A stretch of DNA of 64,000 bases from Lama guanicoe (taxonomy: Eukaryota), in contig MU053561.1 in NCBI GenBank assembly GCA_013239625.1, forward strand, positions 2,930,283 through 2,994,282, written 5' to 3'. Below the pieces are notes generated by a model, which saw only the letters and a program-made list of their open reading frames with translations, had not been told where the DNA came from and did no database searches. Made by a program: the position numbers and the translations under genes. Below are positions 37,229 through 48,990 of this stretch, one piece after another. The number at the start of each line of letters is the position of its first letter. Position 1 is the stretch's first letter.

Positions 37229-40151
37229 GTAAGGGTTAACACCCCCAGGCTTCCACCGGCTTTGGTGGTTCCTCTCCAAGTGTGCCATTTTATGTGCTGC
37301 GTCAAATTAGTTAATTTTAAAATTAACTAATTGTTAATGAAATTAACAAAAGTAATTGTTATATATATGAGCATTTACATTTTGCATTTGCATTCGTAAC
37401 TATCTTAAATTTTTTTTCCCTAGTGAATGGAAAATTGCACATCTGGCTTTGGCCTAAGGTGATTCTGTTTCTTAACTAGAATAACATTTTTCATTGATTC
37501 CAGAGCCTAGGATATTTTTTTTGAAGGATATGTTCAGAGTAAGATAAGTGGCAAAAATCCTGTTAAGAGTGGCCTTGTGGTTCAGAAAATTCAGCTTGTG
37601 GATTTTCAGTGGAAAAGAATTGATTCACATGATTTAAATAGAAAAAGGTGAAGTCACTGCAGCCTTTACGCTCTCACTTCCTAATAATTTTATTGGTATT
37701 AATGACTGTCTTTTATGTGGCCTGGTGTTTTTCTTGTCTTTGTTGTTTTTAAAGTACCCACATGCACATAATTACTAGGTAGAATTACTGTCACACATTC
37801 AAACATACAATTAAAGCAAGGATGCGCAGGGTGCCTGTGTCTTCCGCAGCAGCACATCATCCTTCATCCACATCAGAGCAGAGAGTCAGTGTTCCTCAGA
37901 AGGACAGGGAGCAGGAATGAGCTGTGATGTGTGTTGTGGGAATGCTCTGTCCTGTGTTCCCAACATCGAGTGTTCCTATTGGTGGTCGTTGGTTGGAAGC
38001 TTTTGTAATGTTTTCACATCTCAGTCGAGCAGCTCTTTTTTTTTGGTGGAACCCTGGAGCTTCCTGGTTGTGCTAACCCTACACGTCACAGGACACACTT
38101 TGGGGAATGATTACATGTTTGTTACAAGAGAGATGTTATCTCGCTCCTCCTTGTCTTGCCTAAGCTACAGGGAAATCGCCTCTGCTTTTAACAGAGTCAC
38201 TCATGTTTCCCTGAAGCTTTTTTTTTCTTTTTACTTTGCCTAGCAGCAGCTTGCTTGTCTTTTCCCAAAGGTAAAATGGTAGATACAGCAGCTGAACACC
38301 CACCTTCTCCTCCAGCTCTCACCCGTTTTGCAGATCACCACACTGAGGCCTCAGGTGGTGTAGGAAGAGACAGCCAGCTGCATCCCAGCCACAGTGAGGC
38401 TATTTACGTTCAGTCCTTACCTGGAGTGGTAGGTTTTACCAACAAGGGAACTGAAACATGAAGAGAAATGCCCCACAGCTAGTGCATCACAGAGCGGACT
38501 GGGGTGGTCACTGCGTCTCCTGCCCGCCACACTGTGTGCTCACATCGTGGCCCTTCAGTCTGCAACCCTGTGTCGGCCTTGTGTTCAGACAATTGAGTAG
38601 CCTGGCTCAGCCAGCCCGCCTGCCCGCCTGCCTGCCTTCCCTGATTATCTAAGATCATCATGCTAATAACAAAGCATTTGGAAAACAGAAAAGTATAGTT
38701 TTGAAAAGGAAAGTTATCTGTAATCTCACTGCTTACATATCCTCAGACTCTCTCTCTCAGCAAAGTCATGATCTCACTGTTTCCTGTGATTTTTTTTCCC
38801 TGCCCGGCATTCTTTTGTGAGCCTTTTCCCCACATCACTGAAGACATTTCACGAACACGTTTTCACTGGTTGCCTAACATTTGTTATGTGCATGTGCCTC
38901 AAAGCCTTGCTTCTGAGGTGTCAGCTGAACATACAGAAGACATGAAATAACAGAACTATAAGAGTTAGATTAAGAATCGCTTGCATTGTTTAGGGGCGAC
39001 CAAAGTATGAAATACTCGAACTGGGTGAGACTGTAGCTGAGTAGATTAGTAGTTGTGTCTGTCTCATACGACTAGGGAAGAGAGAACTACATGCCTCACA
39101 GCCAGAGTTGTTGGTCAAGGTCACAGCATGGGAGCATCAGCCCATGACATCAGGAAGGGGTGGGGACAAATTTTTTCTTGTGGCTTACCCATGGAAAAGG
39201 AAGGGAAGAGTGTCAAAGTCCGACCAGGGAGATGGATCAGCCTCTTCTAGAAGGGGGCAGACATGGGGAACCCAGTTGGTAGAGAGGTGTGTTCAGGGGA
39301 GGAGGGTTGTGAGAAGGTAGGAATGAATTTCATTCAAAAAACTTGTATCGAGTCATTAATGTAGGTAAGGTGCTCGAAGGAGCCCCGAAAAATTGTAAGC
39401 TTTAGACGAGACTACAGTAAAGGGAGAAAAGATGGCGGGGGCCCTTCCAGGGAACTGAATGTCCTGCGGTCTCTGCCCGCCACCCCTCCAGCCTCTTCCT
39501 GTCCCCCGTGAGAGCCGGGCTGGTGCGCTCTGCCCACCCCTGTGGCCGGTTCCTAAGTCTCGGTGTCCAGCGGTGCACACGAAATTCCAGATGTGCCGAG
39601 GGGGACGTGGAGGGGCCTGGGAGAGCCCCACAAAAGCAGCGGCAACTCCAGCTTTGTGTTCACCTGCAAGCAACATTAGCCAATTCATTGAAAGCCCAGG
39701 GCAGCTTGGGAAGTGCTCCTGTTTGGTCGTCATCCAAGTAGAATCCGAGTGGGTCTCTGCTTCTGTGGATGCTACCGTGGCATCTTTCACAAGCTGATCA
39801 TAAGCAGAACCAAAGGGAGGCCTTTTAGGAGGTAGGGAGTGAATTATTTTTTTCCAGCCTACCCCAAGGAGCCAAAACCGCAAAACAGAGAAACAGATAC
39901 AGCTGTCTGGTGGTGTCTATGCAATGTGACTCACCAGCTCAGGTATCTCTCCAGGGCTGTTCTGTGTCTCCCACCTCAGTCAGGAGGACACTCTGTCATC
40001 CTGGGGGGTCCGTGCTCAGGGTAAGGAACCCTTTCAGGTTTATTGTCTGTTGTTTGGCTTTAGTCCTTAGAGAGTAGCTACCTCCTTGGGCTCCCTGTGG
40101 TATAGGTAATGATCTCCACACACACAGTTTAAATTCAAAAGCTGTTGAGGG

Positions 40152-40570
40152 TGTGATCTGTTTCTCAGGGCCACCATAACAGATTGGCACCAACTCTGCA
40201 GCTTAAAACAACAGAAACTTTCTCTCTTCCAGTTCTGGAGGCGAGACGTGTGAAAGCAAAGTATCATCAGGGCCATGCTCCCCCTGCGGGCTCTAGGGAG
40301 GAGTCCTTCCTTGCCTCCTCTAGCTCCTCGTGGCCCCAGGTGTCCCTGGCTTGTAGCTACATCACACCGGTCTCTGCCTCCGTCTTCCCGTGTCCCGTGT
40401 CCCTCTCCTCATGTGTCTCTGTGCCTTCTTCTCTTATGTGTAGCCCTACCCGAAATCCACTGGGAGTGCATCTTAACTAGTTACCTCTGTGAAGACCCTA
40501 TTTCCAATTAAGGAAATTCGGAGGGTCCACGTGGTCATGAATGTTGGGGGATACTCTTTAAACTCTGCAA
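40152..40570 (-). mobile_element. MLT1 (ERVL-MaLR) solo LTR
   Basis: gcttaaaacaacagaaa...cagttctggaggc...cagggccatgctccc...gtccttccttgcctc...tctctgcctccgtcttc...gaagaccctatttccaa. Confidence 0.8.
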
Positions 40571-40885
40571 AGGGGTTACAGTGAGGATAAGTGTCCCTCC
40601 CTCCCCGCGTTCCTATAAGCATCCCGTAACCAGCGTCCTATGAATTGCTCCACAGATACTCCACACAAGTATAAGCAGAATGGTCTGTCAGAATAAAACG
40701 TGTTTTCTGTTTTCTTCCACACGATGATACGCAGAGTACAGTGTTCTGTACTCTGACAATTTTCTCTAATCTCCTTCCATATCCCTGCATATAGCACCCT
40801 CTCATTCCTTTCAATAGATGCATAGAATTTTCTTGTGTATTACTATATTACTGGAACATATTTAGTGGTGGACATTTAGGTTGTT

Positions 40886-41040
40886 AGATTTTTTTTTTAA
40901 TTAAAATTTTTTTTCATTATTTTTTGGGGGGCGGTAATTAATTTTATTTATTTATTTTTAGAGGAGGTACTGGGTATTGAACCCAGGACCTCATGCATGC
41001 TAAGCCTGTGCTCTACCATTTGAGCTATATCCTCCCTGCC
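40886..41040 (-). mobile_element. tRNA-derived SINE (Vic-1-like, long-tail form)
   Basis: gaggaggtactgggtattgaacccaggacctcatgcatgctaagc...gagctatatcctccc, preceded by an AT-rich linker (ggtaatta...ttatttatt) and poly-T. Confidence 0.85.
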
Positions 41041-41672
41041 TAGGTTTTTTGGTTTTTTTTTCCCCTTAATTGAAGGGAAACATTCAATTCGCAATGATTC
41101 ACAATGTTGTGTTAGTTCCTGGTGTACAGCATAGTGATTCAGATATATATATATATATACACACATACACACACACACACACACACACATATCCTTTTTC
41201 ATATTTTTCATTATAGGTTATTACAAGATATTGAATATAGCTCCCTGTGCTATACAGTGGGACCTTGTTGTTTATCTATTTTATATATAGTAGTTTGTAT
41301 CTGCAAATCTCAAACTCCTAATTTATCCTGCCCTCCCCTTTCCCCTTTGGTAACTGTAAGTTTGTTTTCTATGTCTGTGAGTCTGTTTCTGTTTTGTAAA
41401 TAAGTTCATTTGTGTCAGTTTTTTTTTGATTCCACATATAAGTGATATCATCTGATATTTGTCTTTCTGTCTGACTTACTTCACTTAGTGTGATAATCTC
41501 TAGGTCCATCCACGTTGTTGCAAATGGCATTATTTCATTCTTTTTTATGGCTGAGTAGTATTCCATTGTATATATACACCACATCTTTATCCAGTCATCT
41601 GTCAGTGAACATTTAAGTTGCTTCTCTGTCTGTTATAAATATTGCTGCTGTGAACATTGGGGTGTATGTATC
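41041..41672 (-). mobile_element. 5'-truncated LINE-1 3' end with (TA)n(CA)n microsatellite
   Basis: Minus ORF 41369-41584 MWCIYTMEYYSAIKKNEIMPFATTWMDLEIITLSEVSQ is the L1 ORF2p C-terminus; (TA)n(CA)n at about 41142-41190. Confidence 0.92.
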
Positions 41673-41718
41673 TTTAGGTTGTTTTGAGCAGAAATTAAAA
41701 CAGCCTTGTCTCTCCCAG

Positions 41719-42213
41719 ATGCTGCTCTGCAGGTGGACACAGTGGTCCCCAATGCCACAGTGTCTGAGAAGGCAGCTTTCCAGCTGGATTGTAGCATCGT
41801 GTCTCGCTCCAGCCAGGACTCCCGCTTCGCTGTAGCCTGGTACTCCCTGAGGACTAAAGCTACAGGGAAAAGGGGTGGCCTTGGCCTGGAAGATGGAGAG
41901 GAGGAAGAGGAGGAGGGGGAGGATGAGGAGGAAGAGGAGGAGGAGGAGGAAGAAGACCCAACAGAGCGGACAGCCCTGCTGAGCGTGGGCCCCGACGCTG
42001 TCTTTGGCCCAGAGGGCAGCCCCTGGGAGGGCAGGCTTCGCTTCCAGAGGCTCTCCCCGCTGCTCTACCGGCTCACAGTGCTGCAGGCAAGCCCTCAGGA
42101 CACGGGGAACTACTCCTGCCGTGTGGAGGAGTGGCTGCCCAGCCCTCAGAAGGAATGGTACCGGCTGACAGAGGAGGAGTCAGCCCCCATCGGCATCCGT
42201 GTTCTGGACACAA
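41719..42213 (+). CDS. IGSF3: IGSF3 coding exon, Ig-V domain 8 with acidic tract (495 nt, phase 1/1)
   Basis: Acceptor ttgtctctcccag at 41718, donor A|gtgagt at 42214. Encodes (D)AALQVDTVVPNATVSEKAAFQLDC...poly-E...DTGNYSCRVEEWL...IRVLDT. Confidence 0.96.
41889..41957 (+). repeat. IGSF3: Coding (GAR)n repeat encoding EDGEEEEEEGEDEEEEEEEEEED
   Basis: 23 codons, 21 of them Glu/Asp, read directly from the sequence. Confidence 0.95.
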
Positions 42214-44012
42214 GTGAGTTTTGCCAGTTTTCAGGAGAAAGATGTCACTGTCGAGTCCAGCTGTCTGAAAGATAAACTCAGAGCTCGATGGTGAATTCAT
42301 AAGCAGTTTTCTTACCTGTTATGGGTGTTTAGGATTTGACATACCCGTTTATATAACTGACCCTTGATTGCCCTTGCAAAGAAGAAGAGCAGGAATTAAA
42401 GTGATAATATACCCTCTAGTCTTTATAATAAACTTGATGCTCTGCCAGATTGTATTTTAGTAAGATTTCATTATACACGCATATTGTTAGATATTACTTT
42501 GTTACTCATTAGAATATCCAGCTGAGTCTCTCTTTCGTGAATTAGCAACATGAGAGAGAGAAAAAAACAAAATGAAGTCTGAGTACCTCACTGCCATTCT
42601 CTTTTTCTCAGGTTCCTGGGTCATTTTTATTTTGGAGGATTAGGTGGATTTTGTATGGTTAGTTGAGAAGACCAGCTTAGAAGGGCAGTGATGTTACCGC
42701 GCATCTGGGAAGAGCTTAGTTGCAGCTCTGTTAGCCATCAGCTGTTGCTACAGAATGGTCCAGAACTCAGAATCTTCATCATGCCGAGGGACTCATGAGC
42801 AGAGACTGGAGGAAATACTTGCTGACCTGCATTATGTGTTCTAACAAGATAGTCTTGGTTGACCTTCTGTCAAAATGTGTATGCTATCAGACTGAAAATG
42901 GTGTTTATACTAGTAGAATTAGCCTGTGATGCAGAAATTTTTTTAAAAATTGGCTAGAAATGTCCGTTTTTCTTCAATCAAAACATTTTATCAGATAATT
43001 TTGGGTTTTGTCAGCTTTTTCTTTCCTTTAACAACCTCCTGTTTATTAGAGAGAACCCTATGAAATTGAGGTTTTGTTGGTCAAAAGTGGTTGACTGTCA
43101 GCAATTTCATAGACTTTGGAAATCTAATAATTTTACTGTAAGTTAAATTTTCTTAGTAATAAGCAGCAGCTGTGCAGTAGAATGAAAAGCCAAAAAACCC
43201 CTAAATTGTACTCAGACCCCCTAAGGATCTGCTGAATTACCCACTGTCCAAAAGTACCAGGGCACGTGTTTAGACCACATTTTATCTGCCGACTGTGGCT
43301 GTCCAAATTTAATAAGCTTTGTAGGACACAGTGATCATCCAGCAGCCTTATTTTACAGAGAAAATGCAGCCTCCCAGAGGCCAGCCTCCTGTCACAGAGC
43401 AGTCCTCGACAAGGTCGAGGGGATGAGGTTTCATTCTCCTCTGTATCCAGGAATAACTAACACTGGGTGCTGTGCAGCCACAGATATATTGCATACATTT
43501 GTCAGTGTTCAATGATGACATTTAATTGATAACATTAATTGAGCAAGCATCATTTCTGGTCAAACAGCTCTCAGAAGCTGGTGGGCAGAGAATGTATGTT
43601 CTGTCCCAAAGAAGGACATTGGCAGTAGATCTACATGCAAAGGGACGTGTAAAATACAGCTGGGAAGGAGGTTCAGGCTGAAGTGGGGTCGGCTTCTTTA
43701 GCATCCCAGATGTAGTTGAGTTCACAATCAATAAATTACATTTTCTCATGTGGCCTTCCAGACAGAAACACTGACTCGCAGTGGGAAATGGAAGCATGGC
43801 TTTGGACTTCTGGCTGTGAATTGCAAGAGGTGCTGTTATGAGAACAAGAATGCAAGGGTGGTCTCCCTTCCATTAGTGGCAGGGGGGAAGCATAGGACGG
43901 GTGCGAGAATTCCCCCAAGTGGCCTCCATGGCGTTGGCTGAGGTCTTCAGGAACAAGCAGCGGCCCAGATTCTCGGTCCTCATGGTCTTGTCTCTCTCTT
44001 GGTCCTTTTCAG

Positions 44013-44263
44013 GTTCTACCCTGCAGTCCATCATCTGCTCCAATGATGCACTCTTCTACTTCGTCTTCTTCTACCCTTTCCCCATCTTTGGCATCCTTAT
44101 CATCACCATCCTGCTGGTGCGCTTCAAGAGCCGGAACTCCAGCAAGAACTCTGATGGGAAGAATGGGGTGCCTCTGTTGTGGATCAAGGAACCACACCTC
44201 AACTACTCCCCTACTTGCCTGGAGCCCCCTGTGCTCAGTATCCACCCAGGAGCCATAGACTAA
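44013..44263 (+). CDS. IGSF3: IGSF3 last coding exon: transmembrane helix, cytoplasmic tail and stop
   Basis: Acceptor ggtccttttcag at 44012. Encodes (S)STLQSIICSNDALFYFVFFYPFPIFGILIITILLVRFKSRNSSK...VLSIHPGAID, with TAA at 44261-44263. Confidence 0.96.
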
Positions 44264-47120
44264 GGGCGTCCCCAGTGGTCATCAGCCACGGAGGAGCTGA
44301 GGCTCTCCCTGCTGCCTCTTGCTCTGCGATCGGACAGCATCTGACCTCTGGGACACTCTGGCAGAACATGGTCAGACTTAAGTGTTCCAAGTCTCCGATC
44401 GGTCAGAGACAGACTGCCTCTAGGTGGCAGTCTTGGTTGGTTAGCTATTTTTGAGCAGATGCCACCATCCTGCAGAGTTAGGTTTCTTGTTTTTGTTTTT
44501 GGTAATGTGGTGAGTAGCTGCCAGTGCCACATCTACTCGCTGATTTATATAGTATTCTCAGATAGATGTTACAGGGGTTCTGATTCTTTGTAAGTCTTTG
44601 GGACTCTTTTTTCAATCCCTTTGGTTTACCCTTTTGGATTCCATTATGTTGTGGACAAGTTTCTCTTAAATATAACTGATAGCAGATGGAAGGACGAACT
44701 TTATAGCGCAAAGGAATCTCTTCCAAGACTTTTGTTTTTGCACACTTGAAAATGCCACCCATGGGTCAAAATATACCCAAACGTTTTTTACTTTCTTAAC
44801 GAGACTTGAAAATTATGTGTAGCGTGGGTCCAATTTGTATCTTATCTTTTCCCTCAGCTGGAGTTGTTGGAACCACTTTGTAGTCAAGATGAAAGCGTTG
44901 AATTTTGCTTCAAAGAACTGTGTATGTACAAGATAAATCCTACATAACCCCATTAGGAGTAGAGAGTTCTCAGTCTAGCCTGTTGGGGAGGCAATAGGCT
45001 TCATCCCAACCTTGCCAAAAAATAAGCAGACTTTGTTGGAGAACAGATCAGAAGCTCCAAACAGCACACACTTTGCAAGCTGAAGTGGGCAGAGGGCTGC
45101 CTTTAGCAGCTATTGACTTTCAGATTGATCAAAGCCAATGGTTAGTGAAGGAAGGAAAAAGGCTGGTCATTGGCTTGGTCCGTTCTGCAAGGGCAGTCTC
45201 TAACTGGTAACTGGGAGCAGGTGGGCTTCTATTTTAAGGTGCTTTGCCAAATTCTTAAGGGAAAGTGGCCAGTGAGCCTGGAAAGGGGACAGCACTGAAC
45301 CGAACACACAGGGCCCAAGCAGCCACCGCATACACTGTCAGGGGGCACTGGGGCTGGCTGACAACTAAGGTCCTTGAAGATGGGGACAGTCGGCAGTGAA
45401 AGGGGGGCTTCCAGAGCTTGGAGTTGGAGAGCAGGGAGGAATGACTGCCTTCCTGGAACTATGAAGACTAGATTTTTCTGCTTCTTTACAATTTGATTTT
45501 TCCCAAAGGTATTGATGTCTTTCTTCTTCACCGTTTGACCTGCGTCTCACTGCCATAAGGATGCCTGCCCAGGAGAGGCCCAGAAGCAACCCTTTGTAAT
45601 CCTTTCGGATTACCTTGTCTCAGCAGAAAGTGATCACATGTCTCTGTCTATGGATTTTTTTGCCCTTCCCTTTCTTAGATCTTGTTTGTGGTTTCAGGTG
45701 ATTTGGTTGTTCGTTGTCATGGCGGCTTTTTATTTGAAAGCCTCTTAGGGCCCAGCAAGGGCTAATGTCGCCTGTTATTTTACACTCATGGGCAAGATGC
45801 TTGGCTCCCCCGGAGCATCACCAGTTGCAAGTGTTTCCTTTTGCTCACCCCATGAAGATGTTTTTATGCCCTCGCTTTGCCGTAGTTTGCTGCCTAAGAG
45901 TGTCATCTCCCTTCCTGATGAACGTGCATCTTGAATCCCAAGGGAGTTCCCACTTACGAAAAAAGCCACCAGGGACTCTAGAATGAAGTCGAACCAGAGA
46001 GATTGTGGTGAAACCCTGTTCTGAGACTGAACAGACTCCAGGAGAGGCTGTGGGATTCCAGGCCACATGGGTGCTGAGCCCTGCTGGGATCTGCGGGCGT
46101 GCAGGTGCTTTGCTGTGTCACAGCCGAGGGGCAGCAAGGCGATCCTGGCCGTTTTCGGAAGGCCTTCCGTAGCCTGCCTTCCCTCCCTCCCAGATGAGAT
46201 GTGTAGACACAGCCACCTTAACCCCACTGATGCCTCACATGCTCATGCCCATTTCTTATGCTGCATCAATGCTTTAGAGGTACGGAACAGAAGCGGTGGT
46301 GAGGGAAGAAGGCCGTCGTGAGCCCCATTTCTTCATTTCAGGGCTGTGGGCTTCAGTGAGAAGTTGCTGGCCCCTAATGTATAGACTGAGTCAAGGCAGG
46401 AAGAGGACGTACTTTCCTTCCATCTGAATGGAAAGATGCCGGAGGGCTGGCTGGAACTGGGATGTGTAACGAAGATTTGAGTTTGAATTGGTTCACACGT
46501 GTAGAAAAGCTGGTGCTGCGCATAAGTGAGCGAAGAGGTCGCAGAGGATTCGAAAGGGAAAATGCATTTTCTATTAGGCCAGGGGATACCGTCAAAGGGT
46601 AAGCTTTTCAGCTTTCTGTGAAAATCCCCAGGACCTTCTTTCTTTGGCCATTCCTATGGAAATGTGGCGTCCGATGAGTGGTAATGGTGTCCTCCAGTGG
46701 CTGGGAGACCTCATTGCACGCTGCCTGCTGGCGCTTTCATCCTCTGAGACCCGGAGAGGAAAGCTGCTGACTGCTCTCTTGACTTACCTACATCTCCGTC
46801 ATTGCATTAATGGAAAACTACACTGTGCTAGGCCCATTCCAAGACATGGATACGACCACACCCTCTTTCCCCAGGGTGTTTCTGTAGCAAGTTTTCATAT
46901 TCTTTTCCAAACAATGGTTTCTCTGCTTTAACTGTTGAAGAAACAAAACAAAACAAAACAGAGGTGGGGTAAGCAGACTTCCCGTGCATGATGTAGAGAG
47001 CTGTTGATTTGTTTTTGTTTGTTTGTTTTTTTAAAACGAAAACTATTTGTAAGATGTTGCACTAAAATGTTTTATATACACTTCAGAGACCTGTAGTAAA
47101 TTATGTTGAAAATATGGCTG
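44264..47120 (+). other. IGSF3: IGSF3 3' UTR (end approximate)
   Basis: Stretch after the stop with no recognisable interspersed repeats, ending in an AU-rich block with variant poly(A) hexamers. Confidence 0.6.
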
Positions 47121-47367
47121 TTTACATCGACTGGAGTCCACTGTCCTTCTTTCTCCTCACTTAATCAGCCACTCTCTTGGTCTGTGAAACTGTGCCCTGG
47201 GGGCCTGGAATTCAGTCCCTGATTTAGGCCTGCTAAACTCAGGGTTGGTGAATTGCAGCCTTTATCATCACACCCCGCCCCCAGCCCAAATGGTGCCTTT
47301 GTACCAGTGATAAAAACACCCCTTTCTCAAGACCCTTTACTGTCATCTGCTGAAAAGATAGAATAAA
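47061..47367 (+). terminator. Candidate IGSF3 polyadenylation signals
   Basis: ACTAAA 47061-47066 and AGTAAA 47095-47100 in a U-rich context with upstream TGTA; canonical AATAAA at 47362-47367. Which one is used cannot be read from sequence. Confidence 0.45.
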
Positions 47368-48799
47368 TATACATCTACCCTGACTGTCAGGGCTGTGATG
47401 CCCCCAGAATCAGCACACAGACCTGGAGGCCTGAGAGGCACGTTCAGAATCTAGCTTTCTTTTCAGTGGGGGGTGGGGTTGGGTGTGGGGAGACAGGATG
47501 TGGTGAGAGGAAACAGATGGAGGAGAGACAACCTTCTCCTTGGTCTTGGCAGCAAGACTGTGCCGTCTTCCTTAAACTACGTCATATTGTCTTGGCCGTG
47601 AAATAGTCAGCAAGCATTTTCCAGGATGGAGGAACGCGGTCCTGTTCAGTGAGACCAGACAGCACACTCTTCTCTGTTCCCTGCACAACTCAAATGCCGG
47701 GAGGTTTTGGAGGAGTTCACCACATCTGCAAATGGAGAAGAATGATCGAATGATTAAAGTCATAGTAGAGATAGTTCATTAGTTGGAACCTATCTGTAAT
47801 TCTTTAAAATTCACAGAATATGCAAAAGGAACTAGATGGAAGTAAAAAGCAGAGGGAGTACTTCCTTTTATTTTTCTTCTATTTAAAACAAGCCTTTCAA
47901 AGGCTTTAATGTGTGTTTTCCTCTGCTCCCCGGCCCCATTTACTGCATCCTTATCAACTTCTCTCAGCTGCTGGCTTGGTCAGACATTGAAATGTGACTG
48001 TTTAATCTCTCGGGTACCCAGAATGGTTCCATATTAGGTCTTCTGTATTATTTTTGCTTATTTTTTTCCCCAAATGCTCTCTTTTCTGCTGGGGAACACT
48101 TAAAAAAGGGAAACAGTATTATGGGATAAAGATTACCCCCCTACACCCTTGGTGCAAATCCCCCCGTGTTTATATAAATGAAGCGAATGCCCACTTTTGC
48201 ATGGGGCAAGGACGATTTTCACATATGCAGGATTAGGAGCAGTGTTTTGCTCTCTTTCGGGATTCTTTAACTTCCTGGGGGTAGTTCCAAGCCTGGCAAG
48301 AACCAGAGCCAGAGTATCAGAGGGTGATGTGCTGGCAAGAGCAGCAGCCCATACCACATGGATGAGCCCTCCCTTCTAGTCTATGATCCTCTGCAGATGA
48401 AACCAGACCTCAACACTGGTCACAGGTGGCAAGTCCTCAGTACATGAATATGCCCTTTTTGGCCATCGGCCTAATGTAATGCAGGTCCAGCCTTTCTGAG
48501 CTGCTTTTGATTCATGAAGTCTGCTATACCAGGAAAATAGATGCTTCTAAAAGTGCTTGATGGAAGCACAGCATTTCTCTTAATGAAAGAACGGGCAGTT
48601 TTTTGGCCAGATGAGCAGCCAACCAAGGAACCATTCCTTCCCTGATGCCTAGTGACTCTGCCCTGGGGGGATATTTCCCAGCCCCAGGTGCCTGGGCAGT
48701 CCTTTCCTCTACCCTGCTTCTGAGGGGGTTGACAGTTTCTGCTGGCCAGTCCATCAGCAGCATGGCTGCCCAGCCTGCCTGAAAGAGTAAGAGTGGCAT

Positions 48800-48990
48800 T
48801 TTGGACTTAGCCTTGGTTAAACTCCCAGTTCTGCCCCTTACTGTGTGTCCTTGGGAAAGTCATTAATCTTCTCTGAGCCTCAGTTTCCTCATCTGTAAAG
48901 ATAGGGAGAGCAGCAAGATTCAGTTAAAGCAGGTAACACATTTAACCCAGGGTCTGGCTCATAGTAAATGCTGGAGAAATGTTTGCTGTT
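48800..48990. mobile_element. MIR SINE
   Basis: cttactgtgtgtccttgggaaagtcattaatcttctctgagcctcagtttcctcatctgtaaa. Confidence 0.8.
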
